Origin: Eledone cirrhosa
Taxonomy: Eukaryota
Reading direction: 5' to 3'
Assembly (NCBI GenBank): GCA_964016885.1
Contig: OZ024743.1
Span: forward strand, 245,210,001 to 245,274,000
DNA length: 64,000 bases
Of this stretch, positions 11,655 to 22,700 are shown one piece after another. Numbering within the stretch: position 1 is the stretch's first letter; the number at the start of each line of letters is the position of its first letter. The notes below the pieces were generated by a model. The model worked only from the letters and a program-made list of their open reading frames with translations, was not told where the DNA came from and made no database searches. Position numbers and translations under genes: made by a program.

Positions 11655-13186
11655 TCCCCCGTTCCGTTATCTTGTGGGCCCTTAGAAAACTAGGAGTAGA
11701 TGAATGGCTTGTGAGAAACAGTCAGCAAGGTTAACAATGAATATAGTGAAGAATTTAGTGTAAAAGTTGGTGTTCATCAAGGCCCTGTCCTTAGCCCCTT
11801 CCTGTTTATTATTGCCCTTCAGGCTATAACAGACGAGTTTAAGACCAGCTGCCCATGGGAACTTCTATATGCAGATGATCTAACTCTCATAGCTGAATCT
11901 ATGGCTGAACTAGAGAAGAAATTCCAAACATGGCCTAGAATCAAAAGGCCTTAAAGTTAACTTGTCTAAGACTAAACTTCTAGTATGTAGAAAGGAAAAT
12001 AGGGCACAGGTGCCCTCTGGGAAATCACCATGCTCAGTGTGTAGGAAAGGAGTAGGTAGAAATTCAATTCTATGCCCCAAATGTAAACTATGGGTATATA
12101 AAAGTTGTAGTAGGATCACAGGCAAGCTATCTAAGAACATAGATTTTATATGTGGCTGATGCTCAGGTGCAATAAGTAGCAAGTGCCCACAGGATACTAG
12201 TCTTGCCACTGCCCAGATAGTTCTATAGAAATAGTGGACACTTTCCACTGGGTGACAAAATCAGCAGTGGTGGAGGGTGTTCTGAAAGTACAGTAGCCAA
12301 AGTTAGAACGAGATGGAAAAAGTTCAGAGAGCTTATACCGCTATTGGCCACAAAAGGTTTCTCTCTAAAAATGAAAGGCAGATTGTATGATGCTTGTATT
12401 CGAACAGCAATATTACATGGCAGTGAGACATGGGCATTGTGTGCAGAGGATCTGCACAGGTTGGAAAGGAACGAAGCATGCATGCTCCATTGGATGTGTA
12501 ATAATACACGAATGGCAAAACATAAATGAACTAAGTGAGAAATTAGGAATAAGAGGGATCAGATGCTGTTTACTTGAGAGAAGATTAAGTTGGTATGGTC
12601 ATGTGATGCACTTGAAAGATGACAGCTGTATAAAAAAGTGCAGGGCGATAAAAAAAATTGATGGAGTAGGTAGACCCAGAAAAACCTGGGACGACATGAT
12701 AAATTCTGACCTTGCACACTTACACCTCTTTAAGACAATGTAACTGCATTGAGATCTTTGGTACCACACAGTAATACAGAAGACCCACCTTCCCTACATG
12801 CAAAGTTAACCTAGTCAGTAGGTCCCTCCAAACCAAATATACACCCCAACCCTCTACTCCATCCTCACACTCCTACTAACACCACCCTTTCTCTATAAAG
12901 TTATGTTGGTACCACAACATCCAGTCCAAACTAATGAGGTTGTGTAGGTATCACGACAAAAAAACACAGTCCATGCTGTAATGTGGTCGTGTAGGTAACA
13001 CAGTAAAAGGCTTCCAGTCCACACTGTAAATGTGGTTGGTGTTAGGAAGGGCATCAAGCCAGAGAAAACCTGCCAGATAGTCCTATACAAGCGAGGCATG
13101 GTCACCCAACCAATCTTGCCTCAAGTGAGACAATTCCTGTCTAACCCATGCTAGCGTGGAAGATAGACGTTAATCAATGATGATGA
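11655..13186 (+). mobile_element. RTE-clade LINE, RT through 3' end, frameshifted
   Basis: 'VGVHQGPVLSPFLF...ELLYADDL', a Cys-rich insert 'CSVC...CPKCKLWVYKSC', then 'ILHGSETWAL', 'WYGHV', 'GRPRKTW', and a GAT tail. Confidence 0.93.
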
Positions 13187-13253
13187 TATATATATATATA
13201 TACATATACACACATATATATATACATATAAACACACACATATATACATATAA

Positions 13254-13317
<64 letters not shown>

Positions 13318-13318
<1 letters not shown>

Positions 13319-13620
13319 GGAGGCACATGGCTTAGTGGTTAGAGCATTGGCCTTGCAATTGAAAGGTTGTGAGTTCAATTCTCAGACTGGGTGCAAGACA
13401 CTTTATTTCACATTGCTCCAGTTTACTCAGCTGGGGTCCCTATCATTCCACTGCAAAGTGGTCGCGGAGGTGCCACAGCAAAAAAGCACCCACCACTCAC
13501 CGTAAATGAGGTTGGTGTTAGGAAGGGCATCCAGCTGTAGAAATCAAGCCAAAATCAGTTCTCGTCCCACCCTTGCAAGCAGGGAAAAAGCGGATGTAAA
13601 AATGATGATGATGATGATAT
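13318..13620 (+). mobile_element. CORE-type tRNA SINE with RTE-derived tail (internally deleted)
   Basis: tggcttagtggttagag (A box), gagttcaattc (B box), a partial CORE-like block and the aggaagggcatccagctgtagaaa...gatgatg tail. Confidence 0.88.
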
Positions 13621-13688
13621 ATATATATATCCGTCTAACCCATGCTAGCGTGGAAGAACGGACGTAAAACGGTGATGATGATGATATA

Positions 13689-14087
13689 TGCTTGGATGAA
13701 ACGATCGTTAGTAATTAAATGTGCTTAAACACTCTTTGATTGTTATATATATATATATATAACAATCTATTATATATATATATATATATATAACAATCAA
13801 AGAGTGTTTAAGAACATTTAATTACTAACGATCGTTTCATCCAAGCACAAGGTCGGAATCATCGGAGTATACATCAAAGGTTAAAACAGATAAACTTGTC
13901 AAAGAACATTTTGAGGATACACAATATGGAAAGAAAGCGTAAATAATAAATATTAACATTTTTCTATCTTTGCTTTCTTCTCTTATATGAATGTTAATAT
14001 TTATTATTTATGCTTTCGTTCCATATTGTGTATCTTCAAAATGTTCTTTGACAAGTTTATCTGTGTGTTAACCTTAGATGATTATAC
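13689..14087. repeat. Two adjacent inverted repeats (about 13689-13746/13790-13847 and 13867-13960/13990-14087)
   Basis: Arms compared by eye, few mismatches; the first pair brackets a TA microsatellite. Confidence 0.92.
13823..13869 (-). ncRNA. Degenerate minimal hammerhead ribozyme-like motif inside a double inverted repeat
   Basis: Minus strand TACT-CCGATGA-ttcc...ggat-GAAAC-GATC-GTT-AGTA. Stem I TACT/AGTA, palindromic stem III loop GATC, one core substitution. Confidence 0.6.
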
Positions 14088-14186
14088 TTGTTATTTTACA
14101 TTGAGCTATTTTCATACTTGTAATTGGATATTTAATATTACCCACATTTTTTATATATATGTATGTGTGTATATATATATATAGTA

Positions 14187-14380
14187 TATTTAAAATTTCA
14201 TACATTTAACATGTGCGACCTTGGGTTTTGGGGTCCAGTTATAGTCACTGTATACTGGAGGAGCCATTTCAAACTGGCCTCTCATTGGACGCCAGGACAA
14301 AATTGAAACTGCTCCTTCACTATGCTGGACCCCGAAACCTAAGGTCGCGTATATATGTGAAGTGCATGAAATTATAAATA
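14187..14380. repeat. Imperfect foldback element
   Basis: atttcat...gcgaccttgggttttggggtccag pairs with ctggaccccgaaacctaaggtcgc...atgaaat; the inner ggagccatttcaa/ttgaaactgctcc also pair. Confidence 0.88.
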
Positions 14381-14939
14381 TATTAAATATGCTCTCATGC
14401 AAAAATATTGTTTTCCTTGGACTTTCATCTACAGCTATCCTGCATACTTACACACACGCACATATATCTGTGTGTGTTTCTTCCGTAAAAGTTAACTGCA
14501 TTTCCAAAAATGTTTGTTTATTATTATTTTTTTTTCATTCATCTTTTTACTACAATCATACTAGATTTCCACTACATAGGATTTTTACTTTCACTTTAAC
14601 ATAGAAAGCATACAGGAATTTGCTGAGGTTCCTTCATTCGCTCAAAAGGTGTTGGTAAATTCTGAAATTAAGATTGACATTCGAATATACTGGGCAATAT
14701 CCTATAAGCCTTCTTTATTAAAATGAATGTAAAAATCCGACGAAAATATTTCTCCACATATGTTAGTGTACATACAGACGTAGTACATATGTCCCTTTAC
14801 GATCTGAGTTCAAATCCCGCCGAGGTTAACTTTGCCTTTCATCCTTACAGGGTCGATAAAATAAAGTACCAGTAATGTACTGAGTAATTGCTGGCCTTGT
14901 GCCAAAAGTAGAAACAATTATATCATATATATATATATA

Positions 14940-15044
14940 TGAGAAAGTATGATCCCGACGGCAGAGCTCAAGCCGTTTCGACGGGTAGTCCAGAAATAGC
15001 CGTCGAAACGGCTTGAGCTCTGCCGTCGGGGTCATACTTTCTCA
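14940..15044. repeat. GC-rich hairpin with 45-bp arms and a 15-nt spacer
   Basis: 14940-14984 versus 15000-15044, with a single T.G difference. Confidence 0.97.
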
Positions 15045-15219
15045 CATTACCCACTCTACTACCCTAAGTATTGAGTACTCTGGTGCGTTATGGTCCATCT
15101 GGTTCCTTACCACAACTACTTCGTTATATATATATATATATATATACAGCCAAACGTGAACATACTCATATAAATGTTACACAGGTATACTCACACACAC
15201 ACATATATATATATACACA

Positions 15220-15620
15220 CGATCGCGAATTAATACAAGCGGCCGAAGTGGGGTTCCTCCGAAGGGTCTTTGGAGTAACGTTACTTGATAGACTGCGTAG
15301 TTCGGAGATCAGAGAGTCACTCCAGGTTCAGCCGCCACTTTTCCGAATTGAGAGATCAGAGCTCCGATACTATGAGTATGTGGTTAGAATGTCTCAGGAA
15401 AGAATCGTTGGGCAGATTTTACGGACAAAATCAACCGGCAGGAGACACTGGGATAGACCCCGAGCAAGATGGTTGGATAACATCCATGAGCTTGGATGGT
15501 CTCGTATGTGGATCCAGCCAAATCAGCAACTGATAGTTGCTCCTGACAAGACCCGCTGGAAGAGTGTTTGAGGACTCTGCCCCCCCACGACAACTCTCAA
15601 AAATAAGTGGGAGAAGAAAA
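15220..15620 (+). mobile_element. RTE (Expander/Rex3-like) LINE 3' fragment
   Basis: 'IQAAEVGFLRRVFGVTLLDRLRSSEIRESLQV...IERSELRYY'; same family as 24980-25975. Confidence 0.88.
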
Positions 15621-15844
15621 AGTAGATATATTACAATACAAAATACAAAACATTTTCCCATCATCATTTTTAGCGTCCAATACCGAAATATATATATATA
15701 TATGTGTGTGTAAATAAGTCTACCAAAATATACGGTAGTGTCCAATCCGTATGAAGAACTCTTTTATATATATATATATATATATTACAATAACAGATTT
15801 TAGTCTTCACATTTATTATTATTATTATTATATATATATAATAG

Positions 15845-16110
15845 TTATTTCTACTTTTGACACAAGGTCAGCAATTATCTCAGTGTATTACTGGTACTTT
15901 ATTTTAGCGACCCTGTAAGGATGAAAGGCAAAGCAAATCCCACCGGGGTTAACTTTGCCTTTCATCCTTACAGGGTCGATAAAATAAAGTACCAGTAATG
16001 TATCGTCCCACCGGGGTTAACTTTGCCTTTCATCCTTACAGGGTCGATAAAATAAAGTACCAGTAATGTACTGGTTATTTGCTGGCCTTGTGGCAAAAGT
16101 AGAAACAACT
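15845..16110. mobile_element. Back-to-back SINE-A 3' halves with an internal ~66-bp tandem duplication
   Basis: Minus copy at about 15845-15933, then a plus copy in which tcccaccggggttaactttgcc...accagtaatgta occurs twice. Confidence 0.85.
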
Positions 16111-16924
16111 TATATATATATATATATATATATATTTTACACACTTCTCTCTGTGTATTTTAAGTAAACAATTTACAAGTAGATACGAGGAAAAAAGATG
16201 ACCATATATTTGGGATTATTTTTTTTCTTATACAACTAAATCATTTGGAATTTACATATATATACGATCAATCGGGTAGCGTTTATTTATATTTTATTGT
16301 CTACAATGATTGCTGTCTACCAACATTCTAACATTTTTAAACGGTACCTAATTAATCTGTATATATGTATTCCCATTGCATCGTCAACTTAAGAACGCTA
16401 TAATATACAGGAGAAGCACCGTATTAAAGATAGGGAGGGCGGTTCACAGGTGATAAAAATATAGCTACTGTGACAGTAAGCTGTACAATATATAAATATA
16501 TACGTTCAGTTTGAGAGGTGGTCAGTTAATGGACATTACCTCAGTTAAGATACAGCAGCAAACAACACCAGCAGCTATGTCAGATCATGAAACAACATTT
16601 AAGATATTCTCTGAAAGAATTATTACACTGTAAATGACATGCTGTCAGGAAGAGAGGAAGTGGTAGTATAAAGTGTGGAATCGCACTGGATGCTGGGTAA
16701 CATGCCACGATTGCCTGTTGGGAACTGATAGAAAAAAGTTACTTAGTTACCAACAAATAGTTCTTCCATACGATATTTTTCTTTACTTCGAAAAAAAAAA
16801 AGTTTCTATCGTTAGTTCTTTGTTTTTGTAATAAAAATCATTAAAAAGAAAGTCTATAATTTAATTTAGGCGAAGAAAAATAATTGATTGCTAAAAAGTG
16901 CCTTGCAGCCAAAGTTACATCTCA

Positions 16925-17024
16925 TGACGTCAGCTATGACTCATAAATAAATTAATTGCCATTATTTGTAAGTACGCATGCGCAACTCTTTCGTAATCCG
17001 GGCACTATGCAGGTCAATATGGCG
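16925..17024 (+). promoter_or_regulatory. Proximal promoter of the dynein LIC gene
   Basis: TGACGTCA (CRE/ATF) at 16925-16932, TGACTCA (AP-1) at 16937-16943, ACGCATGCGCA (NRF1-like) at 16974-16984, and AATATGGCG (YY1-like) overlapping the ATG. All lie in repeat-free, CpG-richer sequence. Confidence 0.6.
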
Positions 17025-17095
17025 CCCATCGGTGATCGAAGAGGAGAGACCGACCCTTTAGCCGGTCTGGATGCTGGAGAATCGCAGAATCTATG
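17019..17095 (+). CDS. DYNC1LI: Cytoplasmic dynein 1 light intermediate chain, coding exon 1 (MAPIGDRRGETDPLAGLDAGESQNL+TG)
   Basis: ATG at 17019 (an in-frame ATG also at 17007). Ends TG|gtcagt (phase 2) and joins exon 2 to give QNLW-ATILSEV, the conserved N-terminal motif of dynein LICs. Confidence 0.88.
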
Positions 17096-17731
17096 GTCAG
17101 TACATTATATTACATACCTCTGGATAGATTCTCTTACCACTTTCTTCTTTCATTCAGTTTGCTTCTTGCTATACGTTGAAATCTCTTAACCTTGCTGTGT
17201 CTAATGGGATGACTACTCGCCCAGTTTGCCATTCCTACTAAATACTATTTGCTCCCAACAACTTTATTTCTCTGTCCCGTTATACATATTTCAGTTTATT
17301 ATCATCCTTATATACATCCACAATTTAACATGATGTAAATTATATTTCTTTAACATAGCATTATTTAGCTTTTTTTAAGTTGTATTCGTTTGTTTAAAGC
17401 CCCATCATCCCACAAAGCTTTTAGTCATCTTTTTACCCACACCTCAGCTATCTTGACAGGAAGAAAATCCGGAAAAAAAAACAACATATATCCGTAAAAT
17501 AATTATTTTAAGCCTATTGTCCACTGACTCATTAATTATGTCATAATTTGTGAAAGAGGCAATAATATTATAAAGATGTTTGTTTTTGTTATAATTATCA
17601 TTTTTCCAACTTAGTGATTCCAGCAATGTCAGTCAGCTAGCAGATACTTTAGTATGTAGGAAAAATTATATACACCGAAATATAGTGTGGTAAATGAGAT
17701 AGTTTAATGCTATTCAGGCGACATCTCATAA

Positions 17732-17796
<65 letters not shown>

Positions 17797-18001
17797 CGTT
17801 TCGTGATATTGTTTATTGTTTAGACGAGAGCTTATAAGTATATATAATATACACTAGTGTGTGTGGATACACACACCACTCAGTTTGATGCTGTTTAGAC
17901 GACAGCTTATAAGTGTAAAATGAAGCCAGCTGTTCATCACACTTCCGTTTGTGGGTCAGTTCTTTTTATATCTTAGCATTCATTGCATCTCGCATCCTGC
18001 G

Positions 18002-18045
<44 letters not shown>

Positions 18046-19558
18046 CACGTGTAAGGAAGAAAGTTGCGTTGGTATATATATATATATATATATATATGAT
18101 TTGGACGTGTGCTTAACTGTCCTTTATTCATTGAGAAGTGTCAGAGAAGATTGTTTTCTCCCCTCAGCCACATGCAACAAGCTGGTGTACTGTAGTAGTT
18201 GTCTAGCTGTACATACATCAATACTGATTGAACTCAGAAAGTGGGCGGTTGATAATATTTATATTTTGAAAGTAATCAATTAAAACCAACTATAACCTTT
18301 TTTTTATTTACTTTGAAATATCGTACATTCTCTTTTTTTTCAATAATAGTCAAAAGATATTACTCATCTTCACATGGTTGGTTATAAACAGAAGTGTTTT
18401 AGAAAAAGGAAAAAAAATCAGTGCTTTTGACTTTTCAAAGCATTCAGAATTTAAGAATTGGCGATAAAAAAGGATAAAATTTTGTTCAAAATCTTTAAAT
18501 GGTTGTTTTAGAGGCACTTATATTTATTTGTGTATGCGCAGAGACACATACAAATATAGTCTGCTCGTATGTATTGAATGGCTCATTCAGTTAATGTTTT
18601 GTTCTATGTAATTTTGATTGAAACACCTTGTATATACACTCATTTGTCGGTGATTTTAAGTATTTCGTTCCTCACTACGTATTACTCTAAAAAGATCGTC
18701 TGTTAAAGAGAGCTGTCCTTAATTAAAAAATCAACTTTTAGGTACAAAGTTGGTAACAGCTTAACATATACATGCATGCATTTGTAGGTATATCGTTCAA
18801 ATAAATAATGGTGATGCATGTTATAAGTGTAGTCTTTATGTGAAATCATTGATTAATTTATTTTAAAGCTCATCTGTTGTATTATTATTAATGTTTAGGG
18901 CGGTGGATTGGCAGAGTCGTTAGTCAGATGAAATACATTGCAGTATGTTGTTATGCCCCTTTTTGCATTCTGATTTCAAATCATGCCGAGGTCAACTTTG
19001 TCTTTCATCGGTCCAAGATCGATATAATCGACTTTTTCCCTTCCCCTTCGAAATTGCTGCCCTTGTGAGAAAATTAGAAACCATTATTATTGTTTTACAT
19101 TTTGCAGTAGTCCTGTTGCTTACAATCTGCAACATTGGAATCTTCATATATTGAACTGCGTAGTTCTAACTTCATTTATCTCATCTTTATTATGAATTTT
19201 CCGTTCTATTCACTTCTAAAATACTCCACACACTGCTTATTTATAAAAACAGCACGATGAAAAATTATTTTATTTTTGTAATTGCCATCGGTTTACATCT
19301 ATTTTAATGTCTTTGAAATATGTTCCAACATATGGTTTATTCTTAATATTGGTTTCTATCTCATTCATAAATTGTCACACAGCCCAAATCTTCTTTCTTA
19401 TAACGACATAGATTTCCAACTGACTATAATAACTGATAAATTCGACTAACCTTAAGATAATCTCAAGAAAAAATATTTTTGGTAATTTGTGAAGTGCAAC
19501 TAGTTATTTTTCCAGTTCTTTCTTACATGTCATAACATACTGTAATGATGTGTGTGTT

Positions 19559-19599
<41 letters not shown>

Positions 19600-19734
19600 A
19601 TGACATTTAGGCTGTACTTTCTTTTGAACTGGATAATTTTTGACATGTTAATGTCTGACTTGTCAGACGTTTGTTCAGTTTGGGAAATAAGAACAGATTT
19701 TGAAAATATTTGAAAAACTGTATTATATCGATTT

Positions 19735-19780
<46 letters not shown>

Positions 19781-22700
19781 AAGATTATATTAATGTGGAA
19801 ATATAAGATTAGGCATCATGTGTATCACAGGAAAAACATTGGGAACAACACTTCGAAACCATTAAAACGTTAAATCAGAAACTTTGTTAGTATATGATTA
19901 TGTCGTTTGGATCTTTTAATATAATTTAGTATGATAAACCTATCAGGATTGTAAAATATTGACAACAGAATCAAACTTCCCATTAGTAATTGTATTGAGT
20001 GATGTGTGTATATTTATGAGGATACTTCTTGTGTGCATATGTGAAACTAGACGAGTCGTTTTAATGATGAAGGTGAGTGGAAAAACCATTTCAAAAGGCC
20101 ATCAGGTATACAGCATACAATAACATATGTACAATATGTTATGGATCATTTAATTCTCTGAATGTCGGAGTTAATAGCTAGTTTATTGGGAAGAGGGGAT
20201 GAAGGCACTTTCAGGTGAAATGATAAAAAAAAACATTTGAAGTATATAGAATAAATTCCCCTAAATGAAGCATGGCTACCTTAGGAATATATTTTCTGTA
20301 TAATAAACATCTATTTTAATATGAATAGTTAGATGGAAAAACATTTTCTGTAGAAGAAAATAGAATGTATTAAACCTTTTGATTCTAAACTGCCTGGTAA
20401 GGAGAAAATTAGTAATCACTTCAAATTCTTGTTTATTTTCAAAATGATTTTAAAATCTTAAGCAATATCTTTCATTAGAAATATGGTAATGAAAAGGTTA
20501 AATGAGGTAAATTATTTTAGTCTTGTCTTCTAAAAGAAAAAATCAGTTGACCTTCAGTAAGTGAAATTAGCTACTGTTGACCAGTCATATTAAATGTCAA
20601 CTTGCTGGTAAGGGAATAACATTCAATCTCGTCAATTTGCTGTGAGTTTTTCTCGACACTAGTTGTACTAAATGCCTTTACAGATAAGCTATACTAAAGA
20701 TATTTTGGTATTTTACTGAGTCTCAATTATATTTACATATAGTTGCTATATGCAGGAACATGTAGTGTAAATATTTTTTAACTGTAAGAATTATTTTTCT
20801 TTTATATTTCACTAAACTCAGAGAAAGAACAGACTTTTCCACCACTGTAAACAAATATAAATACAATAAAGGATCAGACTTAGGATGGAGAGCTCATCTT
20901 TTAGCCTGCAGTGGCTGGGATTGGCTGACAAACAAACTGAGTCAGCAATGAGTAAAGAGGACTCATTTGGACTTGTCAAGTGCCTGATATTCTCTCTAGT
21001 GCTGGTTCCACAATCAAATGCACTCAATTCACTCTGTAAAGTGCATTACGAGTGGCATCCCATCGTAGAAACTCTGCCAAAATATGGACAATTTTAGTAA
21101 AACATTCTGAGTTATCATCAGTTTAAGTCTGTTTTCCATGCTGGCATGGATGACCATGTCTTGTCTTGGATGATGACAGCCTATCCAACCCAAGCCAGCA
21201 TGGAAAACACGTAAAATGATGACACAATGTTTTACTTTCAATAAGATTTATATTTCCTTCTTTGGGCATATATGTTCTTAGATTAAGTCCAACAAATTCT
21301 GTTTTCAAAGTCAATTATTTAGGTGCTCTGTGTTGATTTTCAACATAGTGGCTTATTTGTTCTTGAAGCATGTTTTATCAGAATTTGTTTAAACATAACA
21401 TATTAAAGAAAGCCTGCACTCTTGTTATTGTTATGGCTCACACCTATGTGGTTTTAGTTTTCTTAGAAATTGCTTCTCATAGGAATGCATTTGAGAATTT
21501 TAATAAGTGCCTCAGTCCTGTCATGTCAGCATTTTTCCAAAGATAGTAAAGATTTGAACTCAGAACATACATAGCCACAATAGAAACTGCAGAGCATTTA
21601 ATCCAATGCTCCTACAGATCTATCAATTTGTTGCTCTTGCAATTAGTTCATTATTTTTTTCTTGAAAATGAACTTCCAAGTTATCATCATTTTATGTCTA
21701 TTTTCAATGCTTACATGGTTTAAACAGGTTAGGTTCTGAGGCTAGACAAGTCAGGTGACTGCATCTTGTTCATACATTCTTTTTTGGGGGCTTTGTTGCT
21801 ATGACAATACCCTTGCTATTGCCAACCATTTTATGGAGTGTACGTGGTGTTTTATCATGGCACCACCCCTACCACCTGACAGTGTAAATCATAAAAGAAA
21901 TCAATGTTTGTCATCTCCTCTGCTAATGTCTGTTATTATCCAGTCCTCACTATTATAAAACAGATCCGTCTCACTTCACAAAAACAAAGCTATAGAGAGC
22001 CGTATTGTGTTGGAGGAGCTAAGGAGATGCAATGTTAATTTTAGCGAAGCTACTATCTTTTACCTTTGATGAGGACCAATGCTGAAAGTGAATTGGCTAG
22101 GTTTAGCTGCACATTTCTTACAGAAACAGTAGAGGTTGTTGAAGGGATGTTACAATTTTTTTTTTCATTTTTGTTTACCAGGCAGGGCTCTGGTTAAGGA
22201 GTTTGCTTCACAACTACGTGGTTTTCGGTTCAATCCCACTGCAAGGCACCTTGAGCAAATGTCTGCTATTGCCTCTGGTTGATCAATTCCTTGTAAGTGA
22301 AATTGGTAGGTAGAAACTGTTGAAGCTTGTAGTATATGTGTCTGTGTTTATGTTCTATAACTTAGTGGTTCGATAAATTACTACTGCATGGCCACAGTCA
22401 AATGACTTAAACAAGTAAAAGAATTGAAGTGTAATTATATAAAGACAGCCATATTGAGCTGATGATATCAGACCTTGCCTAATAGCTTGAGTTTTCAAGT
22501 TTTCTATCTACTAATTTGATTCTTTTTTTCTAATTCTCCACCAATTGAAATTTCATTCATAGCAGTATTAGGTCTTTTTTCCTCACACCATATATGTTCA
22601 GCTGTCTCATTAGGGTTTTCCCATGCCCTTTTGGAGGCCTTCCTGTTTCTTCTTTAAGACTTGCAAACACACAGGATATTATAGGTAGAACAAATCAAAA

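Noticed and set aside
16956-17189. 77-aa single-exon ORF
   Set aside because: Only 17019 (or 17007) to 17095 is coding; the rest is 5' UTR and intron read-through.
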